DNA of 64,000 nt from the human T2T-CHM13v2.0 reference genome, Homo sapiens. The notes under the pieces were generated by a model, which was not told the origin of the DNA, ran no database searches, and was given only the letters and a program-made list of their open reading frames with translations. Made by a program: the position numbers and the translations under genes. The DNA lies in NCBI RefSeq assembly GCF_009914755.1, contig NC_060929.1; one strand, 5' to 3'. Each line of letters starts with the position of its first letter. Position 1 is the first letter of the stretch. Below are positions 32,406-46,150 of this stretch, in pieces.

Positions 32406-33430
32406 TTACAATTTGGCATGTTTTTGCAGTGTCTGGTACCAGCTGTTCCTTTCCATATTTAGTGCTTCCTTCAGGAGCTCTTGTGAGGCAGACCTGGTGG
32501 TGACAAAATCTTTCAGCATTGGCTTGTCTGTAAAGGATTTTATTTCTTCTTCACTTATGAAGCTTAGTTTGGCTGGATATGAAATTCTGGGTTGAAAATT
32601 CTTTTATTTAAGAATGTTGAATATTGGCCCCCACTCTCTTCTGGCTTGTAGGGTTTCTGCCAAGAGATTCGCTGTTAGTCTGATGGACTTCCCTTTGTGG
32701 GTAACCCGACCTTTCTCTCTGGCTGCCCTTAACATGTTTTCCTTCATTTCAACCTTGGCGAATCTGACAATTATGTGTCTTGGGGTTGCTATTCTCGAGG
32801 AGTATCTTTGTGGTGTTCTCTGTATTTCCTGAATTTGAATGTTGGCCTGCCTTGCTAGGTTGGGGAAGTTCTCCTGGATAATATCCTGAAGAGTGTTTTC
32901 CAACTTGGTTCCGTTCTCCCCATCACTTTCAGGCACACCAATCAAATGTAGATTTGGTCTTTTCACATAGTCCCATATTTCTTGGAGACTTTGTTCATTT
33001 CTTTTACTCTTTTTTCTCTAAACTTGTCTTCTTGCTTTATTTCATTAATTTGATCTTCAATCACTGATACCCTTTCTTCCACTTGATCAAATCGGCTATT
33101 GCAGTTTGTGCATGTGTAATGAAGTTCTCGTGCCATGGTTTTCAGCTCCATCAGGTCATTTAAGGCCTTCTCTACACTGTTTCTTCTAGTTAGCCATTTG
33201 TCTAACCTTTTTTCAAGGTTTTTAGCTTCCTTGCTATGGGTTAGAACATGCTCCTTTAGCTCGGAGAAGTTTGTTATTACCGACCTTCTGAAGTCTACTT
33301 CTGTCAACTTGTCAAAGTCATTCTCCATCCAGCTTTGTTCTGTTGCTGGCAAGGAGCTGTGATCCTTTGGAGGAGAACAGGCTCTCTGGTTTCTAGAATT
33401 TTCAGCTTTTCTGCTCTGATTTCTCCCCAT
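32406..33430 (-). pseudogene. L1 ORF1p, frameshifted
   Basis: MGRNQSRKAENS... then KRPNLHLIGVPESDGENGTKLENTLQDIIQENFPNLARQ in a different frame. Confidence 0.93.
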
Positions 33431-36229
33431 CTTTGTGGTTTTATCTACCTTTGGTCTTTGATGTTGGTGACCTACAGATGAGGTTTTGTTGTAGATGTCC
33501 TTTTTGTTGATGTTGATGCTATTCCTTTCTGTTTTTTAGTTTTCCTTCTAAAAGTCAGGTCCCTCAGCTGCAGGTCTGTTGGAGTTTGCTGGAGGTCCAC
33601 TCCAGACCCTGTTTGCCTGGGTATCACCAGTGGAGGCTGCAGAACAGCAAATATTGCTGCCTGATCCTTCCTCTGGAAGCTTCATCCCAGAGGGGTACCC
33701 GCATGTATGAGGTGTCTGTCAGCCCCTACTGGGTGACGTCTTGCAGTTAGGCTACACAGGGGTCAGGGACCCACTTGAGGAGGCAGTCTGTCCATTCTCA
33801 GAGCTCAAACGCCATGCTGGGAGAACCACTGCTCTCTTCAGAGCTGTCCGACAGGGACGTTTAAGTCTGCAGAAGTTTCTGCTGCCTTTTGTTCAGCTGT
33901 GCCCTGCCCACAGAGGTGGAGTCTATAGAGGCAGTAGGCCTTGCTGAGTTGCAGTTCAAGCTTTCCAGCCGCTTTGTTTACCTAGCTAAGCCTCAGCAAT
34001 GGTGGACACCCCTCCCCAAGCCAGGCTGCAGCCTCGCAGATGGATCTAGGCTGCTGCACTAGCAGTGAGCAAGGTTCTGTGGGTGTGGGATGTGCCAAGC
34101 CAGGCACAGGAGAGAATCTCCTGGTCTGCCGGTTGCTAAGACCATGGGAAAAGTGCAATATTTGAGTGGCAGTGTCCCATTTTTCCAGGTACTGTCTGTC
34201 ACAGCTTCCCTTGGCTAGGAAAGGGAAATCCCCTGACCCCTTGTGCTTCCCAGGTGAGGCAACACCCTGCCCTGCTTCGGCTCACCCTCCATGGGCTTCA
34301 ACCACTGTCCAACCAGTCCCAGTGAGATGAACCAGGTACCTCAGTTGGAAACGCAGAAATCACCCGTCTTCTGCGTCAGTCATGCTGGGAGTTGCAGACT
34401 GGAGCTGTTCCTAATCGGCCATCTTAGAACAGAACCCAAAATAAGATTTCTTAAAATCAAAGTGTGCCACATTGATTGGTTCTTCCTTTCATGGAAGATT
34501 TCTCTGTAGTATGCAATATTGTTTGATAGCATTTTATCCACAGTAAAACTTTCAGAATTGCAGTCAATCCTCTCAAACTCTGCCACTGTTTTATCAACTA
34601 AATCATTTGTTTTCATTTCAACATCTTCACTAGGAGTAGACTCCATCTCAAGAAACCACTTTCTTTGTTCATACATAAGAAGCAACCCATCAGTTAAAGT
34701 TTTATCATGAGATTGCAGCAATGCAGTCACATCATCAGGGTCAACTGCTAATTCTAGTTCTCTTGCTATTTCAACCACACATGCAATGACTTCCTCCATG
34801 GAAGTCTTGAACCCTTCAAAAGTCATTCATGAGGGCTGGAATCAAATTCTTCTAAGTTCCTATTAATGTTGATATTTTGACTTCCTCCTATGAATCACAA
34901 ATGTTATTAAGGATGTAGGGAATGGTAACTCCTATCCAGAAGATTTTCAACTTACTTTGCCCAGATCCATCGGAAGAATCATGATCTATAGCAGGTATAG
35001 CCTTACAAAAGTGCTTCTCAAATAATAATACTTGGAAGTCAAAATTACACTTTGATCCATGGGCTGCAGAATGGATGTTGTGTTAGCAAGCATGAAAACA
35101 ACATTACTCTCCTTGTATCTCTCCATCAGAACTAGCCCCTAACAAGAGAGTCAACCTGATCTTTAAAGCTTTGAAGCCAGACATTGACTTCTCTCCTCTA
35201 GCTATGAAAGTCCGAAGGGACATCTTCTTCAAATATAAGACTGTTTTTCTGTTGTTTAGTGTACCCACATTCATCAATAACCTTAGCTAGTTCTTCCAGA
35301 TAACTTGCTGCAGCTTCCACTTGCTGCTTCACTTTGCACTTTTATGTTCTGGAAATGCCTTCTTTCCTTAAACATCATGAACCAACCTCTATTAGCATCC
35401 AACTTTCCTTCTGCATCTCCCTCACCTCTCTCAGCCTTCAGGGAATTGAAGAGAGTTAGGGCCTGTCTCTGGATCAGGCTTTGGCTTAAGGAAATATTGT
35501 ATCTGGTTTGATCTTCTATCCAGACCACAAACTTTCTTCATATCAGCAACAAACTGTGTTGTTTTCTTTTCATCTGGGTGTCCACTGAAGTAGCACTTTA
35601 AATTTTCTTCAAGACCTTTTCCTTTGTATTCACAACTTGGCTGTTTGGCACAAGAGGCCTAGCTTTTGGCCTGTCTCAGCTTTTGACCTGCCTTTCTCAC
35701 TGAGCTTATTTTTTTCTAGCCTTTGATTTAAAGTGGAAGAAATGTGACTCTTCCTTTCACCTGAACATTTAGAGGCCACTGTAGGCTTATTAATTGGCCT
35801 AATTTCAATATTGTCATGTCACAGGGAATAGGGGGGCCCAAGGAGAAGAAGAGAGACAGGGAAAAGGCCTGTTGGTGGAACAATCAGGACACACACACAA
35901 CATTTATCGATTAAGTCTTATATGGGCACCATTTATGGCACCCCAAAACACTTACAATAGTAACATTAAAGATCACTAATCACAGATCACCGTAACAGAT
36001 ATAATAATAATGAAAAAGTATGAAATAGCATGAGAATTACTAAAATGTGACACAAAGACATGAAGTGAGTCCCTGATGTTTGAAAAACAGCTCCAACAGA
36101 CTTACCCAGTGCAGGATTGCCACAAATCTTCAATGTGCAAGAAATGCAATAAACGAAGTATAATAAAACTAGGTCTGCCATTATATTAAATATGGTGTTT
36201 TAAAAACAATCACACATAAAGTAAGGTTA

Positions 36230-38100
36230 TATATAGACCAATTGACAGAAATATAATTCTTTATCCAGATTTTTGTTGATGGTCATTTTCATAGATTTTG
36301 CTTTGACTTACAAATTGTATTAGGCCATTCTTGCACTGCTATAAAGAAATAATGGAGACTGGGTAATTTATAAATAGAAGAGATCTAATTGGCTCAAGGT
36401 TCTGCCCACTATACAGGAAGCCTAGTGGCTTCTGCCTCTAGGGAGGCCTCAGGAAGCTTCCAATCATTACGGAAGGCAAAGGGAGAGTGAGGCATCTTAC
36501 GTGGCGGGAGCAGGACCGAGAGAGGAGGAGAGGGAGGACGTGCTACACACGTTTAAAACAACCAGATCTTGTGAGAACCCACTCACTGTCACAAGGATAG
36601 TACCAAGGGGGATGGTGCTAAGCCATTCATGAGAAAGCCACCCCGTGATCCAATCACCTCCCATGAGGCCCCACCTTCAACTCTGGGGACTATACAATTC
36701 AGTATGACATTTGGTGGGGACACAGCTCCAAACCATATCGCAGACATTTCTTTGAATTGGAGACACATGTACTTATGTCCTCTTGTGCACATAAGCAAGT
36801 TCTTTCTTGAGAATATATAGCTAGTTGAATTATTAGGTCTTAAAAGTTGTGCATCATCAAATTTAGTATATTATGCCACATTGTTTTCCTGTTTGTTTGG
36901 ACCAGTGTATGCCTCCATCAATGCATAAATAATGCCATTGACCATATTCTCACAATCTCTGATATTGTTAGTCTAGTTTTTGCAAGTTTGGTGGATGAAA
37001 AACAGAAAGGTATCTTATTGCATTTACATTTCCTTCATTGCTAGTGAGAATGACCATCTTTTCATAAACCTATTGGTCATTTTTGTTTCTTTTTCTATGA
37101 ATTATCTTTTCATTTCTTCCTTCGCCCATCTTTCTACTGGGTAAATTGAAATATTTAGACAGACATTGCTGCCTATCTACATAGTATCTAAAAATATTTA
37201 GACAGGATAAGTATTTTTCTTTTGAGATTTTTTTCCTTTGGTGATATTTTTATTATTTGTTGGATATATTCCAGATATAAATTCTTTATTAGATTACGTG
37301 TGTTTAAAATATATTTTCCTTACATAATTATAGCTTATTTTCTACTTTCCTCTGATGAAAAGAAATTCAAGTAATTAATATAGCCCACTTACCAATCTTT
37401 TGTTTGAGGTGTGTCTTTTTAAAAATATCATTCCTATCTCAAGTTCATAAAGATATTCTTCAATTTTTTTTCAGAGTTCTAATTTTGATTTCTACACTTT
37501 CATTCTTAACCCAAACAAGATTGATTTTTATATGATGTGAAGCACTTTCCTGTTCTCTTTTCTTTTTCACACAGCAACCAATGTCTTAGCACCACTTAAT
37601 GTATTGTTCCTCCTTTAATTCTATAGTCAACTTGTCAGGTCTACCACAAATGCTTTTGGGATTTTGATAAGAATTGCAATAAATTCATAGACCAATTTAC
37701 CAAGAAGCAGCAACCATGAATATGGTATATCTCTCCATTTATATGTCTTCTTTAATGACATATAAGTCATTACATTTTTAAAATAAAGTTTAAAAAATTG
37801 ATCCATAAATGTCTTGCAATTCTTTTAATAGTTTTAGTTCTTCTTGTCTTTTATTTTTATTATTAAAAATGTTCCTTTTCTAACTTATTACTGATATATA
37901 AAAGTGCAATTAATTTTTTGTTTTAATATTCTATTTTATTCTAATAATTTGTCTTCGTTTCTTCTTATTTTCTAATTTTTATATGTAATTTTTTTCCATA
38001 ATCTTTTGTCCATTGACTAGAACCTCCAGGATAATGTGTGTAAGTGATGACATGGGCATCCTTGACTTGTTCCTGATTTCAACATAGAATATTTATCACA
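36230..38100 (-). mobile_element. Ancient L1M(E) fragments
   Basis: T-rich degenerate L1 ORF2/3'UTR (CCATGAATATGGTATATCTCTCCATTTAT; GGGCATCCTTGACTTGTTCCTGATTTC). Confidence 0.65.
36316..36740 (-). mobile_element. MSTA MaLR solo LTR (inside an old L1M fragment)
   Basis: TGTATTAGGCCATTCTTGCACTGCTATAAAGAAATA...GAGGCCTCAGGAAGCTTCCAATCAT...GGGGACACAGCTCCAAACCATATC. Confidence 0.88.
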
Positions 38101-39584
38101 GTTAAGTGATATTAAGCACTCTTTGCAGTGTCACCCTGTGTCCCACCACTATATACCTAAATAACCTAGGGCAAAGATACAGGTATGACTGGGCTCCAGA
38201 ACAATCTGAACACTGTGTCTGTTATTGAGTCTAATTATTTTCTATACATCCCCAAATTCTCTTGTCAAAGAATAAGAGTACATTCCCCAAATGCTAGTGC
38301 CCACCCAAGAACCCCCACTAAATCTCCAAACTAATTATAACTAAAACATAAAATATCATCTTCTCCAGCAAAAGAACAAAGCAGTTTTTAAGGCCAATAG
38401 GGCATTGCTTGAAACCTTCTTGTCATTCTAGACTCCTTCCTCTCCTTTGCTCCAAAATCCTATTGGGTCCCCAATCTTATCTTGATGGTGGACATGTATC
38501 CCTTCCTGCAACAAACCCGTTCATGTGTCTATTTTCATCTCATGCTGTCTCTCCTAGGTTATTGTATTCACCCTCTTAATTGGTTATATTTTTCTTATTC
38601 ACATTTTGCTAATTAAATGAAGCTTTACTATGGCTTTATACGGAAAAGAACAGCCTGGAGAGTAAGAAAACTTTTGTGTTTGTTTAAACGCATTTCCAGG
38701 ACATTGATATCATGCTAGCCTCATTCTCTTGGGTACATACAGCACACAAAGGAACTGCGACAATAGACCTCACATTTCCTTTCATTAATTTGTACAAATT
38801 AAAGCTGCTGGTGGTATGTCAACCACTATTATTGATCATCTCTTTAGTACAGGGCACTGGGTGAGGAGCCGAGGGGATATAAAGATGTGTAAACAAGAAC
38901 CTTGCAGTCTAGACAGGACACAATCAATTAGCTCCATTGGTTGAAATTACGACTATTTGAAATCTTTGTTGTTACATTTATGGAGACTAACAGCTAGAAT
39001 TGTTAATACTCTTTTGTCTCTCTTGCCTTTAGCTTTTTCATTAACTAGACCTACTAATGTACTACACACACTCAGTTCATAAATTTTAGTCACAGATGCA
39101 GTCATTTTTGTATCCTAGTTCAAAAGATGTTTTGTTTCATCTCTTCCTTAACCTTGAGGATAACAAAAGAGACAGCAAGGGCCATTGTCCTTGACAGCCA
39201 CTCTAAATGCTTTCATCTAACCTCCTTAAACATATCACACATCTCCAAGGATAATGATTTTACCAACTGCTTAAAGAAAAAACTTTGAAATATTTGCCCT
39301 CAAAAGGTATTGTCATACCATAAGCAAATCAAATGTGAAAAATCTCACTTTCCATGTTGGGGAATATACTGCTTTTTGTAAGGCTAGAGGAAAAAATAAA
39401 AAATTACTGTGCTGAGAATGATTGCATCATTTGATTCTCTTGCATTACCAGGGAACTGGGTGAGATTCTTATTGTTTGGGGGCATTCCAGGAGAAGGAAT
39501 AAATTACGCAAGTAGGCCTGGCCATCAGGGCTGGGGCACCTAGAAGCAGGTCTGGCAGGTCCACTCTCAGTCCACCACATGACC

Positions 39585-40096
39585 TGCATGAGTCAGGGTT
39601 CACGGGAGAAACAGACCCAATTTGATGTGCATAGAGAGATTTATTTTAAGAAATTGGCTCATGTGATTATAGAGGCTGGTAAATCCAAAATCTGCAGGGT
39701 AGGCGGGCAGCCTAGAGACCCAGGAAAGAATTGTAGTTTGAGTCTGAAGGCTGTCTGCTGACAGAATTCCCTCCTATCCCAGGGACGTCAATGTTTTTCT
39801 CTTAAGGCCATCAACCAATTGGATAAGGCTCACCCACCCAGATTATGAGAGGTCATCAGCTTTACTCAAAGTCTACTGATTTAAATGTCAAGAAAAACTT
39901 CACAGAAACATCTAGAATAATGTTTGGCCAATTATCCGGATACCATGGCCTAACCATGTTGACACATAAAATTAACTGTCACAGGGGTACACCAAAATCT
40001 CACAAATCATCACTAAAGAACTTACTCGTGTAACCAAATACCACCTGTTCCCCAAAAACCTATAGAAATAAAAAAATTTTGTAATCAACCATCACA
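39585..40096 (-). mobile_element. MLT2D-type ERVL solo LTR with an L1PB tip inserted at its end
   Basis: TGCATGAGTCAGGGTTC..GAGAAACAGA...AATTGGCTCATGTGATTATAGAGGCTGG...TTGACACATAAAATTAAC; flanks TGACC/AGACC. Confidence 0.85.
39984..40077 (+). mobile_element. L1PB-type extreme 3' tip (~95 bp)
   Basis: GGGTACACCAAAATCTCACAAATCATCACTAAAGAACTTACTCGTGTAACCAAATACCACCTGTTCCCCAAAAACCTAT. Confidence 0.85.
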
Positions 40097-40647
40097 AGAC
40101 CCACATGGCTTAACTTCTCAGTTAGAGACACTTATTCAAGGTTTCAGGGACTATGGCTGAAAATCTGGCACTATGCCAACTCTGTGGCACAATCAGGCAT
40201 TTGTCCTTGATGTTTACCCTGATATAATTTGGCAAGCAGTGAAGACACTGTCATCATTTTTATGGGGGCCTATGTTTCCAAAATAGTGTGAACCCAAGTC
40301 TGAAGAAAACATTAAGTAGGGGCTCTGAACATGATATTCAACATTGGTCCTTTCCAATTCATTCTACTTTTCCAGAAATTATACTCAACTCAACATTAAC
40401 CAAAGACTTATGCTCAGTTTCCTTTGTTTCGTTCATATATACCTCTTTATAATCATAACGTATCTCTTTTCTTCTGCTTATTTTATCATAATATACCTAT
40501 TTAACAAAGATGGGTGAGGAGCTGAGGGGGTATAAAGATATGTAAACAACCTTGTAGTCTAGATACAACATAATCAGTTCCATTGGTTGAAATCAAGATT
40601 ATTTGAAATCTTTGTTACATTTATGGAGACTAACAACTAGAGACTAA

Positions 40648-40946
<299 letters not shown>

Positions 40947-41040
40947 AGAGACTAACCTTTTTAACAAAGGGTATATTATGGCTTGCAATGCAAACTTAAA
41001 ATAAGAGACTTCAAGGAAAAGTTTTTCTTTTTGTAATTCC

Positions 41041-41430
<390 letters not shown>

Positions 41431-43145
41431 TAAGAATTTCTGTGACAGCTTCACCTTGGCATCTTAGAGCTCTTCGCCACCTTGAATAGGAAATTTCCCA
41501 CTGGCTATCTTATGAAGCTGAACTGCAGGCTGACCACTTGGCATTGCCAGGACAAGACAGTTTCAACCCCCTTCAGTGAAGAAGACAGGGACACAGTTGG
41601 GCTAATTCATTCTTCGCCTCTGCACCCTGCCTCCCATCCTGGCTGCTGGTAGATGACAAAGAGAGACATGAGGAAGTGTGAATGCTACGTAGCAATCCAT
41701 CACTGATATACAAGCTTAGGACAAGCATACTCTACAGGAAGAAAAACAGCTTAAGACATTATTCATCCAACAAATATTCATGGAGCACCTATTATACATC
41801 ATTATACATCAATAGCATTCTACTAGGCACCTTGGTCGCGATATGCGTCTTGTTTGGTTCTTGCTGTCAGGAGGTTTGTTGGTATTCAAGCAGACATAAA
41901 AGTATGAGAGAGTAGCACAAGCTTCATCCTAAGCATGTTTGCTACATAGTTGAATTTGATAATCCATTTTAAGGCTTAGTGAAAAACCAATTGCAGAAAC
42001 CCTTTAATTTAAAATGGAAAAACTCAGCGATTTCCTCCTACTGAAAATTTAGAGGGAAAAAAACCCTTACTATCTAATAAATTATCTGCATTAAAGATGC
42101 ATTAATCAATCTTTGATTGGTTACAGCATTGGTGACAGCTACATTGCTTATTAAAAAAAGCAACACAGTCTCCTTTCTCTGAGCATGCTTTGTATGGTTC
42201 TTCTGAAAGAAATGTATTAAACTCAGCCATAGAAGAAAGTTAACTACTTTACAATAAATTAGTGTCTTGTAAATAAGAAAATGCTTAGCATAATATTTTA
42301 ATGGCTATTTTAATTTAAGGCCTAATATATCGCTGCCCAGAATGTCTACTGCCGAACATAGTTCTTGCTGTTGATAGGTGAACCCTAGAAAGAAGACGGC
42401 ATGGAGTTTATTTTTCCTACTCTTCAAACTGAACAACAGAAGATCATAAAGTGCTTTGTGGACTATCCATAGCAAATGGCATTTTCCTCCTGCCTTGGAA
42501 AGCTCATGCACCCAGTTGTCCTGAAAGGCCCATTATTCATGGTTAGAAAGGCAGATGCTTCTGAAGGCTCATTGGCTCTTGTAAATATATATTGACACGT
42601 TGAATTTTCCTCTTTTAGAGACCTAAATGTTTCTATGGTTCTTAGCATAAAGTATCAAAAGATCCAAAAAGGATCATAAAAACCAATTAGTTATGGATTT
42701 GTTTTAGGTACTTTCAGACAAATGGGTGATTTCTATATTTGGCTGCTGAAGAGGCATTATTTACAAAGTGAAAGAAGCCAATACACCCACAAAGGGATTC
42801 ATAACTCCTTTCAGAAGCCAACAGTCCACTTTACTCTCTCAGTGCCCCAAGGTATTGAGTTGAAAAGAAGTGCATGTACAAAGAAGGCTAAAGAGCTTCC
42901 ATATTACATGACCTCCAGCCAAGTGACAAGAAAGTGGTCATAAAAAGGGTTTGAGAATAAGGGATCATTTAGGGCGTTGGAGAAAGATGAGGTAGGGGGA
43001 TTCACACAGTTGGGAAGCTGGAACTCAGAGGAAGGACAAACTGTATTTGTGGAAATAATAATAAATATGTGATGAATGAATGAAGCCAAATGAAGAAAAT
43101 AAGAGAGCTCTCTCTCATTTCTAATAACGTACTCTCCTTCTGCCA

Positions 43146-43481
43146 TGCTATGGTTTGAATGTGTTCCTCCCCAAGTTCATGTTGAAACGTAATCCCTATT
43201 GTGGCAGTATTAAGAGGTGGGAAGTGATGAAATCACAAGGGCTCTGTTCTCATGAATGGGTTAATGATGTATAAAGGTCTGGAAGGAATGAGCTTAGGCC
43301 CTCTTTGCCCTTTCTCTCTTCTACCATCTGAAGATGCAGCAAGAGGGCCCTCACCAGACACCAAAGGCCAGCATCGTGATCTTGGACTTTCCAGCCTCCA
43401 GAACTGTGAGGAAATAAGTTTCCATTGTTTATAAATGACCCAGTCTGTGTTATTTTGTTACAGCAACACAAACAAAGATAC
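43146..43481 (+). mobile_element. MST (MSTC/D-like) MaLR solo LTR
   Basis: TGCTATGGTTTGAATGTG...GTATTAAGAGGTGGG...GCCCTCACCAGACACC...CCAGCCTCCAGAACTGTGAG. Confidence 0.8.
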
Positions 43482-43619
43482 CCTGCCTTGCTTACTCTCA
43501 TTCTAATCAAGCCCAGTGTATTCTTCTTTTCTTTCTTTTCTTCTCTGTAGTTTGTTTCTCCTGAGTGCACAACATCGTTCCTCATTGACTTTTGAGGTCA
43601 CTCTCCCATGGTCACTGGA

Positions 43620-43750
43620 TGAATGAACACCTGATTCTACTTCCCAATTCTGCCACTTACTGGACTTGTAATCTTGAGCAAATCTATTACCCTCTCTGAA
43701 CCTTAGTTTGATCATGTGTAAAATAGGAACACCAGCACACACCTTATATG
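43620..43750 (+). mobile_element. MIR
   Basis: TCTGCCACTTACTGG...CTTGAGCAAAT..ATTACCCTCTCTGAACCTTAGTTT..TCATGTGTAAAATAGG. Confidence 0.75.
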
Positions 43751-44926
43751 ATGAGTACATTTCATAATCTCCCCAGGATTGCTGATGTCAGCCCACAGTT
43801 GTGTATTTCAGTAATTTCTAGGGAAATTACACTGACCGGGAACGGAGTTTACATCCTTGACCCCTGATCCTTGAGGCCTGACTGCCAGTCAGCTTCAGTT
43901 CATTTACCACCTGCTCCACACCCTTCTGTCAACACTGACACTGCTTATTTCTGAAGTCCCTAAACCTGTTTGCTCATCATAATCACCTGGAAACCTTCCA
44001 AAAAATATAAATTTCAGGGACTATTTAAGTTAGAATTTCTCAGACAACTGCATCAGAATCTCAGGGGTGGGAGTAGGGTGGGAATTGGAGTGGCCACGTG
44101 CATTTTTTACAGAAATTTTCATTCCAAGAATTCTGATATGTCATCAGGCTTGGGCCATGTTTAAGTTCTATTTCCCAGTGTGGAAAATTGGCCTAGACTA
44201 ATGCCTGCTCCCTGCAGCCAAACCACTGGGTGACCAGTGATGTTCTAGAAGTCCACCTTGGTGGCCTTCCTCCTACTGGAGTTGGCTGAGTCCTCTTCTT
44301 CCCCATTGCACGTGTCTCAATCCTGCTCCCAGCCCTGCTCTTCCCAAACTGTTTCATCCTCTGCATTTAACTCTCTCAAGCCCAGGTTTCCATATGTCAA
44401 AACAACCTCAGCCTCTTATATATGCCCTCCTCTGAACTTTAGACATCTGATATCCTAACACCCAAGTTTCGCATCTGACTACATCTAGTGGTCCCATGCT
44501 TAGCTCTTAACTCCAAGGTTGCATGGTTACTTTCTCCCAAGGCTTCTATTCTTTGCACAGCATCAAGCAGTCCTTCTAATTAGTCACGTGAATCCAGAGT
44601 ATTGGTTCGCCTTTCCTGAATCCTCTGTAAATGCCTTCCATCCCTTTGCAGGAACCCAGTATTCGGGTATCTTTAACCCTGAAAAGCAGATTCAGCCTTT
44701 TCTGGGTTTTCCTGCAAGTGCTGAGTTAATGGAATGCAAATGCTCTCTTGGCAAGTGCCTCAGGAAAAGCATGAGCAATCCCTGAATACAGCCGACAGGC
44801 TGCACCCACACAACCGTGGAGCACCTTATTCACTACCAGACCCTCCATGACCCAGAGCCAGCCATCGCCACTGCCACTTTAAACTTTGATACTCTGTTCC
44901 TCTCATCCGTATTCCGTGTAGTTAAA

Positions 44927-45006
44927 CATACATCACACACAGACACACAGACACACACACACACATGCACATATGTGTGCGTATGTATGCGTGTGTATGT
45001 GTGTGC
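44927..45006. repeat. (CA)n followed by (TG)n, self-complementary microsatellite
   Basis: ACACACACACATGCACATATGTGTGCGTATGTATGCGTGTG. Confidence 0.85.
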
Positions 45007-45134
45007 AGCTCATAAGCCTGGTGCCAAAAGAAATGTGCACCAGAAACTATGTCAGTAAGTTGTGAGGAGGGAGCTGCCTTGGGCACCTCTCCAAGGATAA
45101 TGAGTGCGCAAGGGAAGTTGGGGGTAAGAAGGTA

Positions 45135-45620
45135 TTCAGATGTTTTCGGTTGCAAGTTAGTAAATATCCAATTCAAGTAGCTCAAGCAATAAAGATATAA
45201 AACAAGAAGATCAGAGAAAAGGTGACTGCTCAATTGCTGCAGCATTTCATTGATAGGATCCAGGTTCTGTCTGCCTTTTTGCTCCGCCACTTCCTGGTGT
45301 GGTAATATCTACTCTCAGGGCTATCAGATATCTGCTGCAGATCCCAGCATCATTTACAGTCAGGGACTAGTGCCTCTCCCTGTGGCTCCCTTTTCATTAG
45401 GAAGTCAACCTTTTTTTAAGACCCCCACACAGACACACACAGCACACTTTCCTCCTCATGTTCCCCTCTGCCAGGACTGGACCATAAACACAAGTCCCAA
45501 CTTGAAGCAAGTCTGGGAGCATGAATATCCAGCAAGTGTGTATCCCTAGAGGGAAGCTGGATCCACCAGGAAAGAAGCAGATGCAGGGCTGAGGTAGGGA
45601 CAGAATGGGTGGTGAGTAAT
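45135..45620 (-). mobile_element. Old MLT1 (J/K/L-like) LTR
   Basis: TTTCGGTTGCAAGT...CCAATTCAAGTAGCTCAAGCAATAAAG...GCAGCATTTC...GATCCAGGTTCTGTCTG. Confidence 0.55.
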
Positions 45621-45934
45621 AGCCCACACTGGATGACCCAGGGACTCAGGAATGAATGAAGAGAAGAACAGAAGCATTTTTCCTGCCTGTAACTTGGATG
45701 GTCTCTCTTCCTACTGCACCAGAAACCATAAAGCATTCCAGTAGTCTCTATGTATCCAGATATATCTCAGAGGTGAAGGTCCAGATACTCAGGCCTCACC
45801 ATTTTTGGTCACTACCTAAGGACATCAAAAGCATTTCACATCTTTCTAGGCACCAAAAGAAACCTGGGAAGGCATTCTCTTTTTAAGTACGTACCCCACA
45901 CAGACACACAAATTCTATAAAGGTCTGAAAGGTC

Positions 45935-46150
45935 TGCCTTAGCTAAGGCTACTACAGCAAAAATACCATGGATTGGGGTCTTAAATGGTAGGTATTTCTC
46001 CAAGTTCTGGAGGCTGGGAAGCCTGAGTTCAGGGTGCCAGTATGGTCAGGTTCTGGTGAGAATATACTTCCTGGTTTCAACAGTCACCTTCTTACTGTGT
46101 CATCACCTGGCAAAAAGAGTGGGAACTAACTCTCTGGCCTCTTCCCAAAG
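45935..46150 (-). mobile_element. MLT1A/B fragment
   Basis: GGCTACTACAGCAAAAATACCAT...GTTCTGGAGGCTGGGAAG..TGAGTTCAGGGTGCCAG. Confidence 0.7.

Noticed and set aside
34453-35900. Domesticated TIGD/CENP-B-like gene
   Set aside because: Fragmented ORFs with an internal deletion, between Tigger1 termini: an ordinary decayed transposon
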